Shown here: positions 11,421 through 21,017 of the stretch, piece by piece
Numbering within the stretch: position 1 is the stretch's first letter
How the letters are laid out: each line of letters opens with the position of its first letter
DNA from: a virus
Direction: 5' to 3' (one strand)
Virus record (IMG/VR): IMGVR_UViG_3300028377_000007
Location: 23,041 to 87,040 of that record
Length of the DNA stretch: 64,000 nt
Position numbers and translations under genes: made by a program
The notes under the pieces: generated by a model
Told to the model about the DNA's origin: nothing
The model's database searches: none
The model's input: only the letters and a program-made list of their open reading frames with translations

Positions 11421-11421
11421 T

Positions 11422-11673
11422 TTATTTACCCTCTTCTAACATACCCTTTTCAAAAAGCCACTCATCAAAATAAGTTGGTTTATCTCCCCCGTTAAAACAA
11501 TAATCAAAAAGCCATTCTTCTGTATTTTCTGTCAAGCCCTGAGATTTTAATTTTTCGACCATTTCATCATACTCTCGTTGTATGATTCTATTTAGGTTTA
11601 TCAAAAGCTCTTGCTTTGCCCAAATTTCGTCTAGCCACTCTGTTTTTAGCTCTGATTCTTTTACTTTGCTCAT
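11422..11673 (-). CDS. hypothetical protein
   Basis: ORF track. Confidence 0.6.
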   Translation of the reverse strand: MSKVKESELKTEWLDEIWAKQELLINLNRIIQREYDEMVEKLKSQGLTENTEEWLFDYCFNGGDKPTYFDEWLFEKGMLEEGK

Positions 11674-11870
11674 ATTTTATTTTTAAGATTTTCCTTAGTT
11701 TCTCCCGTCGTCCAAGTATTTAATTCTCCGCAACAATCGCAGATATATTTTCCTTCGATATGTCTAATTTCCCTATAAATCGTAGTTCGATAAGCTTTTA
11801 TTCTTTTTTTGCTCATTTTATTTAAAACTTTATCTTCTATATATTTCATTTTTTTATTCCCCTTCTATTT

Positions 11871-12866
11871 TTAAAAGTTTCTATCAATAATATTTAAGAA
11901 ATTCTCTCTAATCAATGTTGACGAGGATTGATTAAGGCTTTTGAATAAAAGTTTTTGCTCTGACTTTTCAAGTTCATTATATTTCTGCGAGTTTTCGCGC
12001 ATATAATCTTCTAAAACATCTGAGTTTAATTCCTTCATAATCTTGCCGAAATCTTTATCAGTGACATCTCCAATTTTAGACAATGCACTTCTTAATCTAT
12101 TTTCATTAACAAAGCTTTCGAGTTCTTCAATTTCTTTGGATAGTTCGGGCGAATATTCGATTTTTTGTTTTTTCTTTTTTGTTTTTTCTTTCTCTGAGAA
12201 TTTGGGGTTCTTATTTTTAAGTATAACCCTAGAACCGCACCCAAAAAACTTTGGAATAAAAGATTTGATAACGATCCCCTCTGACATATTTCCTTCTACT
12301 TTTTCCAATCCAAAATCTTTGTAAATCGGGTCTTCAAAAATAGGACTAAATTCTAAACATTCGTCAAAAGTTCCAGTAAATAAAATTGGCGAATAAGGTA
12401 TATCCGAATTCTTAAAAACATCAATTTTATAATCAAAGTCTAAATAAAAAGTATCTACTTTAATATCAACAGCATAAAACTCTATTTCTGGGGAATATTT
12501 TACCCTGTTTTGAATTGCTTTGACATTTGATTTAATATTTGGGTATGAACCGCCAAATAATTCTCCGTAAATAGATAGACATTCAAATGTGACATATTTG
12601 CTTTTTAAATATGCCCAAGCTTTTTTTATGTAAGACTCTAATTTTTCTTCAATAGAGCGAAAATTATAAAAGTCTTCATTTCCGCCGATAAAACCAGACC
12701 TTTTAGCATATCTTATTTCTTTCCCATCATAATGAACGGAAAAGTTTGCTCCATCAATTTTATTTGATACTTCCCATAGACCATCTTCAAGGCCATCGAA
12801 CCTAATTTGTTCGATTGTTTTTTCTCTATAGGTGTTTTCGATTGAGTTATATTTTGTGAACTTCAT
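11871..12866 (-). CDS. RNA ligase 2 (Rnl2 family); start probably MKFTKY
   Basis: KYNSIEN, KIDGANFS, YGELFGG, EGIVIK, KNKNPKFSE. Confidence 0.9.
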   Translation of the reverse strand: MKFTKYNSIENTYREKTIEQIRFDGLEDGLWEVSNKIDGANFSVHYDGKEIRYAKRSGFIGGNEDFYNFRSIEEKLESYIKKAWAYLKSKYVTFECLSIYGELFGGSYPNIKSNVKAIQNRVKYSPEIEFYAVDIKVDTFYLDFDYKIDVFKNSDIPYSPILFTGTFDECLEFSPIFEDPIYKDFGLEKVEGNMSEGIVIKSFIPKFFGCGSRVILKNKNPKFSEKEKTKKKKQKIEYSPELSKEIEELESFVNENRLRSALSKIGDVTDKDFGKIMKELNSDVLEDYMRENSQKYNELEKSEQKLLFKSLNQSSSTLIRENFLNIIDRNF

Positions 12867-13140
12867 GATTATTTTCTCTGTTTCTTGCAAACAACTTTGC
12901 TTGATATTTGAATCTGATTTTTTGTAAAGCTTCTAAATTATTGATAAGTAATGCTATATTTAATCCATCATCAAATATTTTATCTATTTGATTAAAAATA
13001 TCTTCCATATATTCGATTTGGGTTGCAATTTTAATTTCTGAAGATTTTGTAATTTTATCTGAAAATTCACATATGGTATGCGGATAATCCCCATCAGAAG
13101 TAGAAATCGGCGCAACTATTTTATTTTTGTGGTATTTCAT
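12847..13140 (-). CDS. hypothetical protein
   Basis: ORF track. Confidence 0.55.
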   Translation of the reverse strand: MKYHKNKIVAPISTSDGDYPHTICEFSDKITKSSEIKIATQIEYMEDIFNQIDKIFDDGLNIALLINNLEALQKIRFKYQAKLFARNRENNHEVHKI

Positions 13141-13489
13141 TTTGTATATTTTTTCCTAGTTGCAAAGCTGTTCTTGCATTTTCCAATGCTTTTTCTAAAT
13201 AATTAACCTGTCTTAATTTTCTAATTAAAAATGAATTTAAAGCCTCTTCTTTGGTGGGGTAAGCATATCTCTTTCGAGAGACTTTCGAAACCCATTTTTC
13301 TGTACACTTAAATATATAAAAATCTCCTTTATAAATTTCTTTTATCCAATAGCCCTTTGGGGTTTCTTTTGTTACATCAAACTCAATTAGTTTTACCTCT
13401 ATATTATCATAACTACATCTTACAAAATTATCAAATGGGTCTATTCCTCCTGTTGAGTGTATATCTTCTTGATATCTATAGTGTTTCAT
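13121..13489 (-). CDS. hypothetical phage protein (uninterrupted copy; carries the empty G|AT site)
   Basis: ETPKGYW...RYAYPTKEEALNSF. Confidence 0.7.
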   Translation of the reverse strand: MKHYRYQEDIHSTGGIDPFDNFVRCSYDNIEVKLIEFDVTKETPKGYWIKEIYKGDFYIFKCTEKWVSKVSRKRYAYPTKEEALNSFLIRKLRQVNYLEKALENARTALQLGKNIQNEIPQK

Positions 13490-13526
13490 TAAATTTTTAA
13501 AAAGTAAGTATAATCAGATTCATTTA
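13446..13526. repeat. direct duplication: matches 13718-13743 plus 14023-14078
   Basis: cctcctgttg(a/g)gtgtatatcttcttg and atatctatagtgtttcattaaatttttaaaaagtaagtataatcagattcattta each occur twice. Confidence 0.9.
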
Positions 13527-13743
13527 GGGATTCTATTTGTTAAGAATTATTGTGGCGTCTTTTTTTTTAAAGTCAATACTTTTTTGAAAAATTTATTTTT
13601 TAAGTTTCTCGTGGGGCTTGGATATCGTCTTTTTCGCTTACATCGAACTCGTGGTTTTATTCGCTTATTCTGCCGTGAGAATATTCGCTTATTGCGCAGA
13701 AAAATAAAATAGATTCTCCTCCTGTTGGGTGTATATCTTCTTG

Positions 13744-13968
13744 TTATAATTCACTGGAGAAGAAAAAATGGTCAGTATCGGCGGCAGCGTATTGCCCTAG
13801 TTTTTGGCTCACCCCATCCTTAGCTAAATGATAGCACAACCATCCCTTGTATTCATCGAGGTACCTGTTCGTGTAGGAAATGGAATGAGGGCGCTTGCCG
13901 TATTTTTCGATATACTTGTCCCAAGCCTTGCGGTCCTTACCTCTAGTCGGTCTCGATTCGTAATACAT
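13744..13968 (-). CDS. cassette-borne hypothetical protein (MYYESRP..., 74 aa)
   Basis: internal ATG next to the attC; the ORF-track version is a fusion with the interrupted host gene start MKHYRY. Confidence 0.65.
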   Translation of the reverse strand: MYYESRPTRGKDRKAWDKYIEKYGKRPHSISYTNRYLDEYKGWLCYHLAKDGVSQKLGQYAAADTDHFFFSSEL

Positions 13969-14022
13969 AATTATAACCAGCCAGATCAGGACAACTCGCT
14001 TCGCTAGCGCCTGTCTTCGAAA
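13744..14022 (+). mobile_element. integron-type gene cassette with attC-like site 13971-14022, carrying a minus-strand ORF
   Basis: starts G|TTATAATT, complementary to AATTATAAC at 13969-13977; L'' AGATCAG / L' CTGTCT; higher GC than flanks; absent from the duplicated empty copy. Confidence 0.8.
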
Positions 14023-14039
14023 ATATCTATAGTGTTTCA

Positions 14040-14828
14040 TTAAATTTTTAAAAAGTAAGTATAATCAGATTCATTTAAGGACTCAAACATCAAGCTTTTA
14101 CTCTTTACCACCATATAGGATTTTTGTAAATTGTCGAGGCAAAAATTCGTTTTTTCTTTTTCCCTCAACTCCGAAGTCCTTTTTGTTGTATGCCCGACTA
14201 TTTGGCGAATATTATCAACTGGAACAAATTCTTCCCAATCAACCCAAATCGGCGAAGAATAATGATCCGAGCCGCCCCTGTATGAACTCACATTCCAAAT
14301 CCAATGGAAAGGTTTGTGATGAAAAGAAAGCTTATCTTTCTCCCACTCATCGTAAAGATATTGTATATTATCTTCCTCGCTTAAATATGGCTTAAATTGA
14401 GCATATTGAAACCCAGCATGTACACAATAATATTCCCCGACTTTACAACACAACTTTAATTTTTTAAAAAACTTTGGGTCTATGTATTTGTTGAAATCAG
14501 TAGCTTTACTTCTTGTCCAACCAGAACAACAATAGAAAGTATTTTTTGACGGAATTATTTTTGGCGTATAAGATGCTAAATATGCTAAATCATGGTTTCC
14601 AAGTAAAAAATTAAACCTTTCATCGTCTAGTTTATCGTTTATCCACTTACAAACATTTTTAATAGAGAAATGCGTAGCATTGTTTATGTTATCGAATGTA
14701 TCAAAGAAATCCCCTAAAAATACAACATTATCAAAGTCCTTTTCTTTTTCAAGAATTGCGTCAGCGAAACCTAAATTTTGATGGATATCGGGGATTATGA
14801 TTGTTTTACCTTTGTTTATTTTTTTCAT
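14040..14828 (-). CDS. calcineurin-like metallophosphoesterase
   Basis: DIH, GDFFD, GNHD, HAG, GHT. Confidence 0.88.
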   Translation of the reverse strand: MKKINKGKTIIIPDIHQNLGFADAILEKEKDFDNVVFLGDFFDTFDNINNATHFSIKNVCKWINDKLDDERFNFLLGNHDLAYLASYTPKIIPSKNTFYCCSGWTRSKATDFNKYIDPKFFKKLKLCCKVGEYYCVHAGFQYAQFKPYLSEEDNIQYLYDEWEKDKLSFHHKPFHWIWNVSSYRGGSDHYSSPIWVDWEEFVPVDNIRQIVGHTTKRTSELREKEKTNFCLDNLQKSYMVVKSKSLMFESLNESDYTYFLKI

Positions 14829-14908
14829 CTTCTTTTGTTGCTTTTTCTTCCGCTATATCCATTTACTGGTACAGGTTTCCGTTCTTTTAAACTTACAAAA
14901 ATCTAAAG

Positions 14909-16126
14909 TCATATTTTTAAGATATAAACTCTTGATTTTTTGTTAAATTCCTGCTTCACAGAACAGCTAACCAAACTTTCGTTTGATGAACTCTGTTCTC
15001 CACAGGCCGACACGGTAGAGCTTACCGCCAAATTCTTTAAATTGATAGAGGCATTAAAATCCCTATCCATTTTATTGTCACACACCTTACACTCAAATAC
15101 TCTATCCGTCAAGGTCAGACTTTCGTTTTTCCATCCGCAGCATGAACACAATTTAGAGCTAGCGAAGAAAGTATCGGCAAAGATAACTTTTCTATTGCTC
15201 CATTTTGCTTTATATTCGACCTGACGACGAAATTCGAATAGTCCAACATCACTGATAGCTTGCGCCAAACAATGATTCTTCATCATATTGCTTACTTTCA
15301 AATCTTCTAAAACTATTGTTTTATTTTCACGAACAATTTTAGTGGTTATTTTATGCAAGCAATCTTTACGAATATTTGATATGTGATTGTGTAGTTTTGC
15401 TAATTTTTGTTTTGCTTTTCCATAGTTTTTACTTCCTTTTTTCTTTCTTGATAATTGACGTTGTTTGAGCTTTAATTTATTGAGATTCTTCTTTAATGCT
15501 TTGGGATTTTCGTAAGTCGTCCCGTCTGAGCAAGTAGCCAGAGTCTTAATGCCTAAATCAACTCCAATTACATCATTAATGGCGTTTGTAGGCTCTCTAT
15601 CGGGCGTTTCTACTTGAACCGACACAAACCATCTGCCAGCTTTCTTGGACACTGTAGCAGATAAGATTTTACAATCGGTTGGAATATAATCTTTTTCGGC
15701 TAATTTCAGCTTACCGATTCGCGGCAATTTAATACATCCAGATTCAACCGAAATTGCTCCATCCAATCTAAAAGATTGTTTGTCATTCTTTTTGGATTTG
15801 AATTTCGGGAACCCTTTCTTGCCTTTAACTTTTTTCTTGCAACGAGTGAAGAAATTTTGAAATGCTTTATCACAATCTCTTAATGCGTTTTGTGGCGAAC
15901 TTTTGCTTGAATTATACATCCAAGGAATATCGGTTTTCTTTAGTTTGTTTAATTCTCTATGAAGTTCAATAGCATTAGGGGTTTTCTCTTTCTTATCAAA
16001 TGCCTCTTTCTTGATATTTAAAGCCCAATTATAAGCAAAACGCGCCGCGCCCAAAGATTTCATCAGGTCGGTTTTTTGTGCATTGTTGGTCACTACAATC
16101 TCGGTTTTATATGCTCGTAAAATCAT
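14909..16126 (-). CDS. tnpB: TnpB RNA-guided endonuclease
   Basis: RAYKTE, RFAYNWAL, GVDLG, VLEDL, CSCC..CKVC, DRDFNAS. Confidence 0.95.
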   Translation of the reverse strand: MILRAYKTEIVVTNNAQKTDLMKSLGAARFAYNWALNIKKEAFDKKEKTPNAIELHRELNKLKKTDIPWMYNSSKSSPQNALRDCDKAFQNFFTRCKKKVKGKKGFPKFKSKKNDKQSFRLDGAISVESGCIKLPRIGKLKLAEKDYIPTDCKILSATVSKKAGRWFVSVQVETPDREPTNAINDVIGVDLGIKTLATCSDGTTYENPKALKKNLNKLKLKQRQLSRKKKGSKNYGKAKQKLAKLHNHISNIRKDCLHKITTKIVRENKTIVLEDLKVSNMMKNHCLAQAISDVGLFEFRRQVEYKAKWSNRKVIFADTFFASSKLCSCCGWKNESLTLTDRVFECKVCDNKMDRDFNASINLKNLAVSSTVSACGEQSSSNESLVSCSVKQEFNKKSRVYILKI

Positions 16127-16632
16127 ATCTTAAAAACCCTACCGAAATTAGAAAATATATGCTCAAATTCTGAAAATTTATTTCCCTTATAACATAAACA
16201 ACAAGCCATTGGAGCACCTTTTTTATCCTCTATTCCGTTGTTAAAAAAACGAAGTCTAGTGTCTGATAAAAAACAAATAGCGGTATATTTTTTAAAAACT
16301 ATTTCCTTAAAGTGTTTGGTGTTAGTAGCGACAGGAACTAAGAAAATTAATTCACCCTCTGTCTCAAGGGATTTTTTAAACCAGTCATATAGAGACTTCC
16401 CTTTACTTCTGCCGTAAGGAGGATTTACAAAGATGGTTTTAGCGTCCCATTTTTCAATTAATCCGTCCTTATTTGGGTATATTAGATTATTTCTCGCAGA
16501 AACCAGAGAATTCTGATTGGAACATGGGTCTAATTCGATTTCTCCACCAAAAAATGCTGTTATTGGAATTATGTATTTCGGAGGGGTATTCCAATCCTTT
16601 TTATCAGAATTATTTTTGCGACCAGCACTCAT
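16123..16632 (-). CDS. phage Dam-type N6-adenine DNA methyltransferase
   Basis: WNTP, LDPCS, FVNPPYG. Confidence 0.85.
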   Translation of the reverse strand: MSAGRKNNSDKKDWNTPPKYIIPITAFFGGEIELDPCSNQNSLVSARNNLIYPNKDGLIEKWDAKTIFVNPPYGRSKGKSLYDWFKKSLETEGELIFLVPVATNTKHFKEIVFKKYTAICFLSDTRLRFFNNGIEDKKGAPMACCLCYKGNKFSEFEHIFSNFGRVFKI

Positions 16633-17133
16633 ACCAATTCCTCCATTTCTTTCTTAATTCATTTTCAAAGCCCTTAGACATCACTTCTTCAACTTTTTCA
16701 ATCCTAACTTTATATGAATTAAAATATGAAACCAAATAATTAAAGCAAAATCTCGACAATCTATCTTTATGCTCAATCAAAACCACATCAATTTCTTTCG
16801 CTTCCACCAATTCAAATAATTACAGCAATAATACTGTAACCGCGTTTAAGAGCTTCTGTAGTCATTCTACCAACCTGCCTCCCTAAGTCGCCTTTAGTCT
16901 TTTGTTCGTGCGGGCTAACGCGACAATAGATAGCTGCACGCTTACCGCTAGATTCTTTAATGGGTTCAACATAAATTCCCGCCAACTTCTCAATATCGCT
17001 GCGATAATAGCGTCTATGTCTGCCTTCGGTATGAAACGGCGTTAATTTGCCTGCACGTTCCCAATTCCTTAATGTTTCGTCGGAAACACCAAGAATAGAT
17101 GCGGCATCGCTGATAGATAGAATCTTTTTATCC
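16610..17133 (-). pseudogene. tnpA: IS607 TnpA serine recombinase, broken by an internal deletion/frameshift and C-terminal truncation
   Basis: MerR HTH, AIYCRVS (frame 1); IEHKDRLSRF (frame 2). Confidence 0.85.
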
Positions 17134-17303
17134 ATTTTATCTATCAATCCTTTCTGTTGAAATAATCTAAACCATCCATCGTAGATTTTCTGAAATTCCT
17201 CAATTGTAGGAACCTCATCCAATTCAAACGGAATATCATGGATAACTCCATCATCGGTTTCAAATTCTGTTTTGGTAACTCTTGTAATCATTTTTGGTTT
17301 CAT
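17134..17303 (-). CDS. small passenger ORF read in-frame into tnpA
   Basis: 56 aa precede MDKKILS in the same frame. Confidence 0.55.
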
Positions 17304-17372
17304 ATATATTTACACTAAAAGTTTAGATTTTTCAAGAAAAAAGTTAAATTATTTTAATTTTATTTAGATATT

Positions 17373-17609
17373 TTAGATTATCGGGTAGCAGTTGTCAACC
17401 CCGTCATTTGCTAATTTTAATATTCTTCTTAGAATTTTTAACTCTGTTTTTGTAAAATTTATTTTATGCCATAGATCTATAATATCGTCGACTAAATATA
17501 AATTCTCACATTCTATATTTTTTAAAAAATTAAAAAGCTTTTCTGAATTGTTATATTTGCAACCCATATGGGAATCAGATATAAAAATATGCTTTGATTT
17601 TATCATCAC
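17373..17609 (-). pseudogene. truncated LpxH-like metallophosphoesterase
   Basis: FISDSHMG, LYLVDDIIDLW; ends at the IS607 left end. Confidence 0.65.
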
Positions 17610-17917
17610 CCAATTTTATTAAAGAATTCTATTATTTTATCTTGGAAATCTTTTTCTTCATAAATTTCTGAATGAACTACCCTTGCGGAGCCTTGCCCTA
17701 AAATACAAAACTTATATTTCCATGTTTTTTCATGGCATATCTCGTCAATAATAAAAAGAAATATTTCGCCGAAGCTTTGTTTGATTCTATGACCGCCGAA
17801 ATTAATTTCTCTGCTTCCTTGGTGTTGCCTTGTGAATCTATTAACTTTGCCGATTTTCTCTAACTCAAAGTTGTTTTCCAAGATTTTTTTGCGGAAGTCT
17901 GTTTTTTTTATTTTCAT
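17606..17917 (-). CDS. hypothetical protein
   Basis: ORF track. Confidence 0.55.
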   Translation of the reverse strand: MKIKKTDFRKKILENNFELEKIGKVNRFTRQHQGSREINFGGHRIKQSFGEIFLFIIDEICHEKTWKYKFCILGQGSARVVHSEIYEEKDFQDKIIEFFNKIG

Positions 17918-17926
17918 TTTAATAAT

Positions 17927-18136
17927 TTATAATTTATTTTTTAAAAGTTTTACAATAAAATCTACGGAGTCTTTTCCCTGAATTGCTATAACCGAATTAG
18001 CTCTTTTCATTTGTTTTGAAATTCTTGATGAATAAAAATTTTTAATCTCTAAATAAACATCGTATTCTGGTAAATAAAAATCTAAATGTAAAGATCCCTC
18101 TTGCTCATGAAGATATTTTATACCAGCTTGATCCAA
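17927..18136 (-). pseudogene. PD-(D/E)XK endonuclease-like fragment
   Basis: LDFYLPEYDVYLEIK; weak start. Confidence 0.5.
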
Positions 18137-18246
18137 GGATTCTGCTATTTTTTTTCAAGTGGGCATGTTATTCTATCATTCATTTTATAAAAAAGGGGGC
18201 TGTAGATTTTACAAACCCCTTTGTATTTTGTTATTCAGAAAAGTTG

Positions 18247-18564
18247 TTAAGCGTTAACTCTTTTCAATTCAGCCAATTCTTTTTTCAAATCGGCAAGCTC
18301 TCTTTCAGCGTAACGCACTTCAATAATGTACTTGACCAAATCAAGTTTCAAATTAAGAGTTGTGCTGCCTCTTTTTTCGGTCGCAGAATCTGGAATAAAG
18401 CTTTCTTGCTTTGTTTCTTTCAACTCTGCGTTGATACTTTGAGCCAAACGATCCAAATCTCTTAAAGACAAATCCCACAATTCTTCAATTATCAAATTGC
18501 CTTTTCCAGACATGAAACGTAGCTTGTTTCTTGTTGCTTTTTCGAACATTTGTTGTGTTTCCAT
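18247..18564 (-). CDS. conserved phage hypothetical protein
   Basis: MFEKATRNKLRF...EELWDL. Confidence 0.7.
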   Translation of the reverse strand: METQQMFEKATRNKLRFMSGKGNLIIEELWDLSLRDLDRLAQSINAELKETKQESFIPDSATEKRGSTTLNLKLDLVKYIIEVRYAERELADLKKELAELKRVNA

Positions 18565-18774
18565 TTTTTTGTTTTTTATTGTTATTGTTATTGTTTAATA
18601 AAATTACACTTTTACTTTGAGTGTTCTTTTAAATTTGCCTTCTACTTTTACGATGAAGTCGTTTCTTATTGTGTCAGAAAATCCGATTCCCGATAAAATT
18701 GTTTATTTGATATTTCTTTATTATATCCTTAAATCTTTTCTTTGCGTATATTATCTGTGCTAATTTTTTATTCA

Positions 18775-20484
18775 TTACATTATACTTTTAATACTTGTTT
18801 TATATTTTTTTGCGATTGGGATATTTCGGCCAAAACCAAAACTTCTTTTATTAACTCTTAAAATTGGCGGCATGATTCTCCTTTTGTACTCATTTTTCTC
18901 CACCATATTAATTATTTTTTCGATTTTGTCAATGGAAATTTCCTTAATTGCAGAAAAACACTGTTCTTTTTCTTTGAAACTAAGTAAATCCCCCTCTAAA
19001 TATAATTTTAAAACATTATCTAAAATATGATAAGGCGGTAGACTATCAGTGTCAACTTGCCCCCCCCATAATTCCGCGCTCGGTTCTTTATCAATAACAG
19101 ATTTTGGGACAACTTCACAACCATAATAATTATTCATCCATTTTGCGAGAGTATATACCTCTGTTTTGTAAAGATCCCCTATAACAGAAATTCCCCCAAC
19201 AGTATCCCCTAAAATTGAAAAATACCCCATAGAAGACTCTGATTTATTACTCGTATTTAATACTAAAGCCCCAAAATCATTGGAATATTCCATTAATTTT
19301 CTTGCGCGAATTCTTGGTTGAATATTCTCAATTGTTAATCTCTTGGGCTGTTGAAATGTTTCTGTGTAATTTTTAATTGCCAACTCTACTTCTTCGCCGA
19401 TTGGCATTGTATATAAATTAATACCCAACTCATCACATTGCTTTTTGCTATCTGTGATACTTCCTTCGCTAGAAAATTTTGATGGCATTGTAATACACTC
19501 AATATTATCTTCGCCTAATATTTTAGCTGCTAAAGCAATTACTAAAGCCGAATCAATTCCCCCACTCGCTCCGACAACAGCTTTTGTGAAGCCATTTTTC
19601 CGAAAATAATCTTTAAGTCCGATTTCTAAAGAATTAAAAATATAAGTATATTTGTCGGAAGTAACCGTACTAATTTGTGTATTAGGAGATTTTGTACTTA
19701 CAACTTGGGGAGATTTTGTACTTACAACTTGATTTGCTTCTCTAATTTCTTCTCTAAATCCGCACATAGTAATAACATCATCCCCATCAACATAAAAAGA
19801 ATGCCCATCAAAAATTAATTCGTCATTTCCGCCGACTTGATTAACATAAACAAACGGAACCTTATAAATTTTAGAAAGCTTTCGATACATATCATAACGG
19901 TCATTATGTTTAAGAATATTACTAGGAGAAGCGTTTAGGGTTATAATGGCTTCGATATTTTCGCTAGAATTTTTATACGGGGAAAGGGGCTCTGCATTGT
20001 ATATTTTTCTACTAACAAAATTAGAATCATCAAAACAATCTTCGCATATTAAGATTCCAACATCTCCATATTTACTATTGAAAACAACGCCGCTTTCTTT
20101 CCCAACTTCAAAGTATCTGCTTTCATCAAAGATATTATAAGTTGGTAACAATTGTTTGTTGTATGTTTTGGAAATTTTTCCGTCTTTAATATGAACTGCC
20201 GAATTAAAAAGAGGTTTGCCTATTTTATTGTTTTCTGTGATGCATCCCACGATTATTTCTGCGGGATTATTAAACGTTAATTCTACAAGTTTTTCAAGAT
20301 AACAGTTTTGTTCTTCAATAAAATCTTTACGAAGCAACAAATCATTCGGTGGATACCCTGTTAAAGCTAATTCGCTATATACATGAACCCCTTGGAAATT
20401 TGGACTGTAATTTTGCTTTATTTTTAGAAAATTATTTTCTATATCTCCAACTGTGAAGTTTAATTGGTGTATTTTGAGGTTCAT
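18775..20484 (-). CDS. nadE: glutamine-dependent NAD+ synthetase; start probably MNLKIH
   Basis: nitrilase E/K/C (SELALTGY, KQLLP, ICED), SGGIDS, ENIQPR, NKSE, PSAEL. Confidence 0.93.
   Translation of the reverse strand: MNLKIHQLNFTVGDIENNFLKIKQNYSPNFQGVHVYSELALTGYPPNDLLLRKDFIEEQNCYLEKLVELTFNNPAEIIVGCITENNKIGKPLFNSAVHIKDGKISKTYNKQLLPTYNIFDESRYFEVGKESGVVFNSKYGDVGILICEDCFDDSNFVSRKIYNAEPLSPYKNSSENIEAIITLNASPSNILKHNDRYDMYRKLSKIYKVPFVYVNQVGGNDELIFDGHSFYVDGDDVITMCGFREEIREANQVVSTKSPQVVSTKSPNTQISTVTSDKYTYIFNSLEIGLKDYFRKNGFTKAVVGASGGIDSALVIALAAKILGEDNIECITMPSKFSSEGSITDSKKQCDELGINLYTMPIGEEVELAIKNYTETFQQPKRLTIENIQPRIRARKLMEYSNDFGALVLNTSNKSESSMGYFSILGDTVGGISVIGDLYKTEVYTLAKWMNNYYGCEVVPKSVIDKEPSAELWGGQVDTDSLPPYHILDNVLKLYLEGDLLSFKEKEQCFSAIKEISIDKIEKIINMVEKNEYKRRIMPPILRVNKRSFGFGRNIPIAKKYKTSIKSIM
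19685..19731. repeat. 24-bp-period tandem duplication in the NadE linker
   Basis: ggagattttgtacttacaacttg x2 (QVVSTKSP x2). Confidence 0.9.
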
Positions 20485-20485
20485 A

Positions 20486-20923
20486 TTATTGTAATTTTTC
20501 TTTAACCATAGAGGAAATTTTCTTAATGTCAACACTAATCCCGAATTTTTCCTTGATTTTCCCAATCACCTTGCCCATATCTCTCATAGACTCTGCCCCA
20601 ACCTCTTTAATATATTGGTCTATCATATCTGGGTATTCAGATTCTAAAACTTTTTCTGGCAACAAATCGTCTAATACTTCTGATTTTTCAAAAAATAACA
20701 AAGACTCCGATGGTTTTTTATCTTTGAATAACTCATAAGAATCTAAGAATGCTTTCTTCTCTTTTTCGATAACAGAATAAATTTCGTCCTCTGAAAGCGT
20801 TTTGTTTTCTCTATTTTCCCTTTCTTGAATCGCGGATAAAACAGATTGGTATGCCAACATTTTTGTTGGTTCTTTATTTTTGCGCGAAGCAAAGATATAG
20901 TCTTGGATTGTTTTTTTGTTCAT
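20486..20923 (-). CDS. yqeY: GatB/YqeY domain protein
   Basis: EVGAESMRDMGKVIG...VKEKL. Confidence 0.85.
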   Translation of the reverse strand: MNKKTIQDYIFASRKNKEPTKMLAYQSVLSAIQERENRENKTLSEDEIYSVIEKEKKAFLDSYELFKDKKPSESLLFFEKSEVLDDLLPEKVLESEYPDMIDQYIKEVGAESMRDMGKVIGKIKEKFGISVDIKKISSMVKEKLQ

Positions 20924-21017
20924 TTTTTTATTTTCCTTTCTTTATTAATTGTTTCTGCAACCATAGAATGTATTTTAGATTCTTTCGACTAATACAAGCC
21001 TAACTGTTTCTAGCACT

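Larger units (their letters stand above)
14879..17385 (-). mobile_element. IS607-family element with passenger genes (left end approximate)
   Basis: tnpA fragments plus tnpB; right end ...AAGAACGG shared with the remnant at 33956; TTTAGAT repeats near both ends. Confidence 0.75.

Noticed and set aside
13630-13695. Three TCGCTTA repeats as an operator
   Set aside because: They lie in the decayed copy of the duplicated gene; too short and irregular to support.
13446-14078. Duplication as a DGR TR/VR pair or a target-site duplication
   Set aside because: The copies are almost identical and one is split by a clean insert; the geometry does not fit a target-site duplication.
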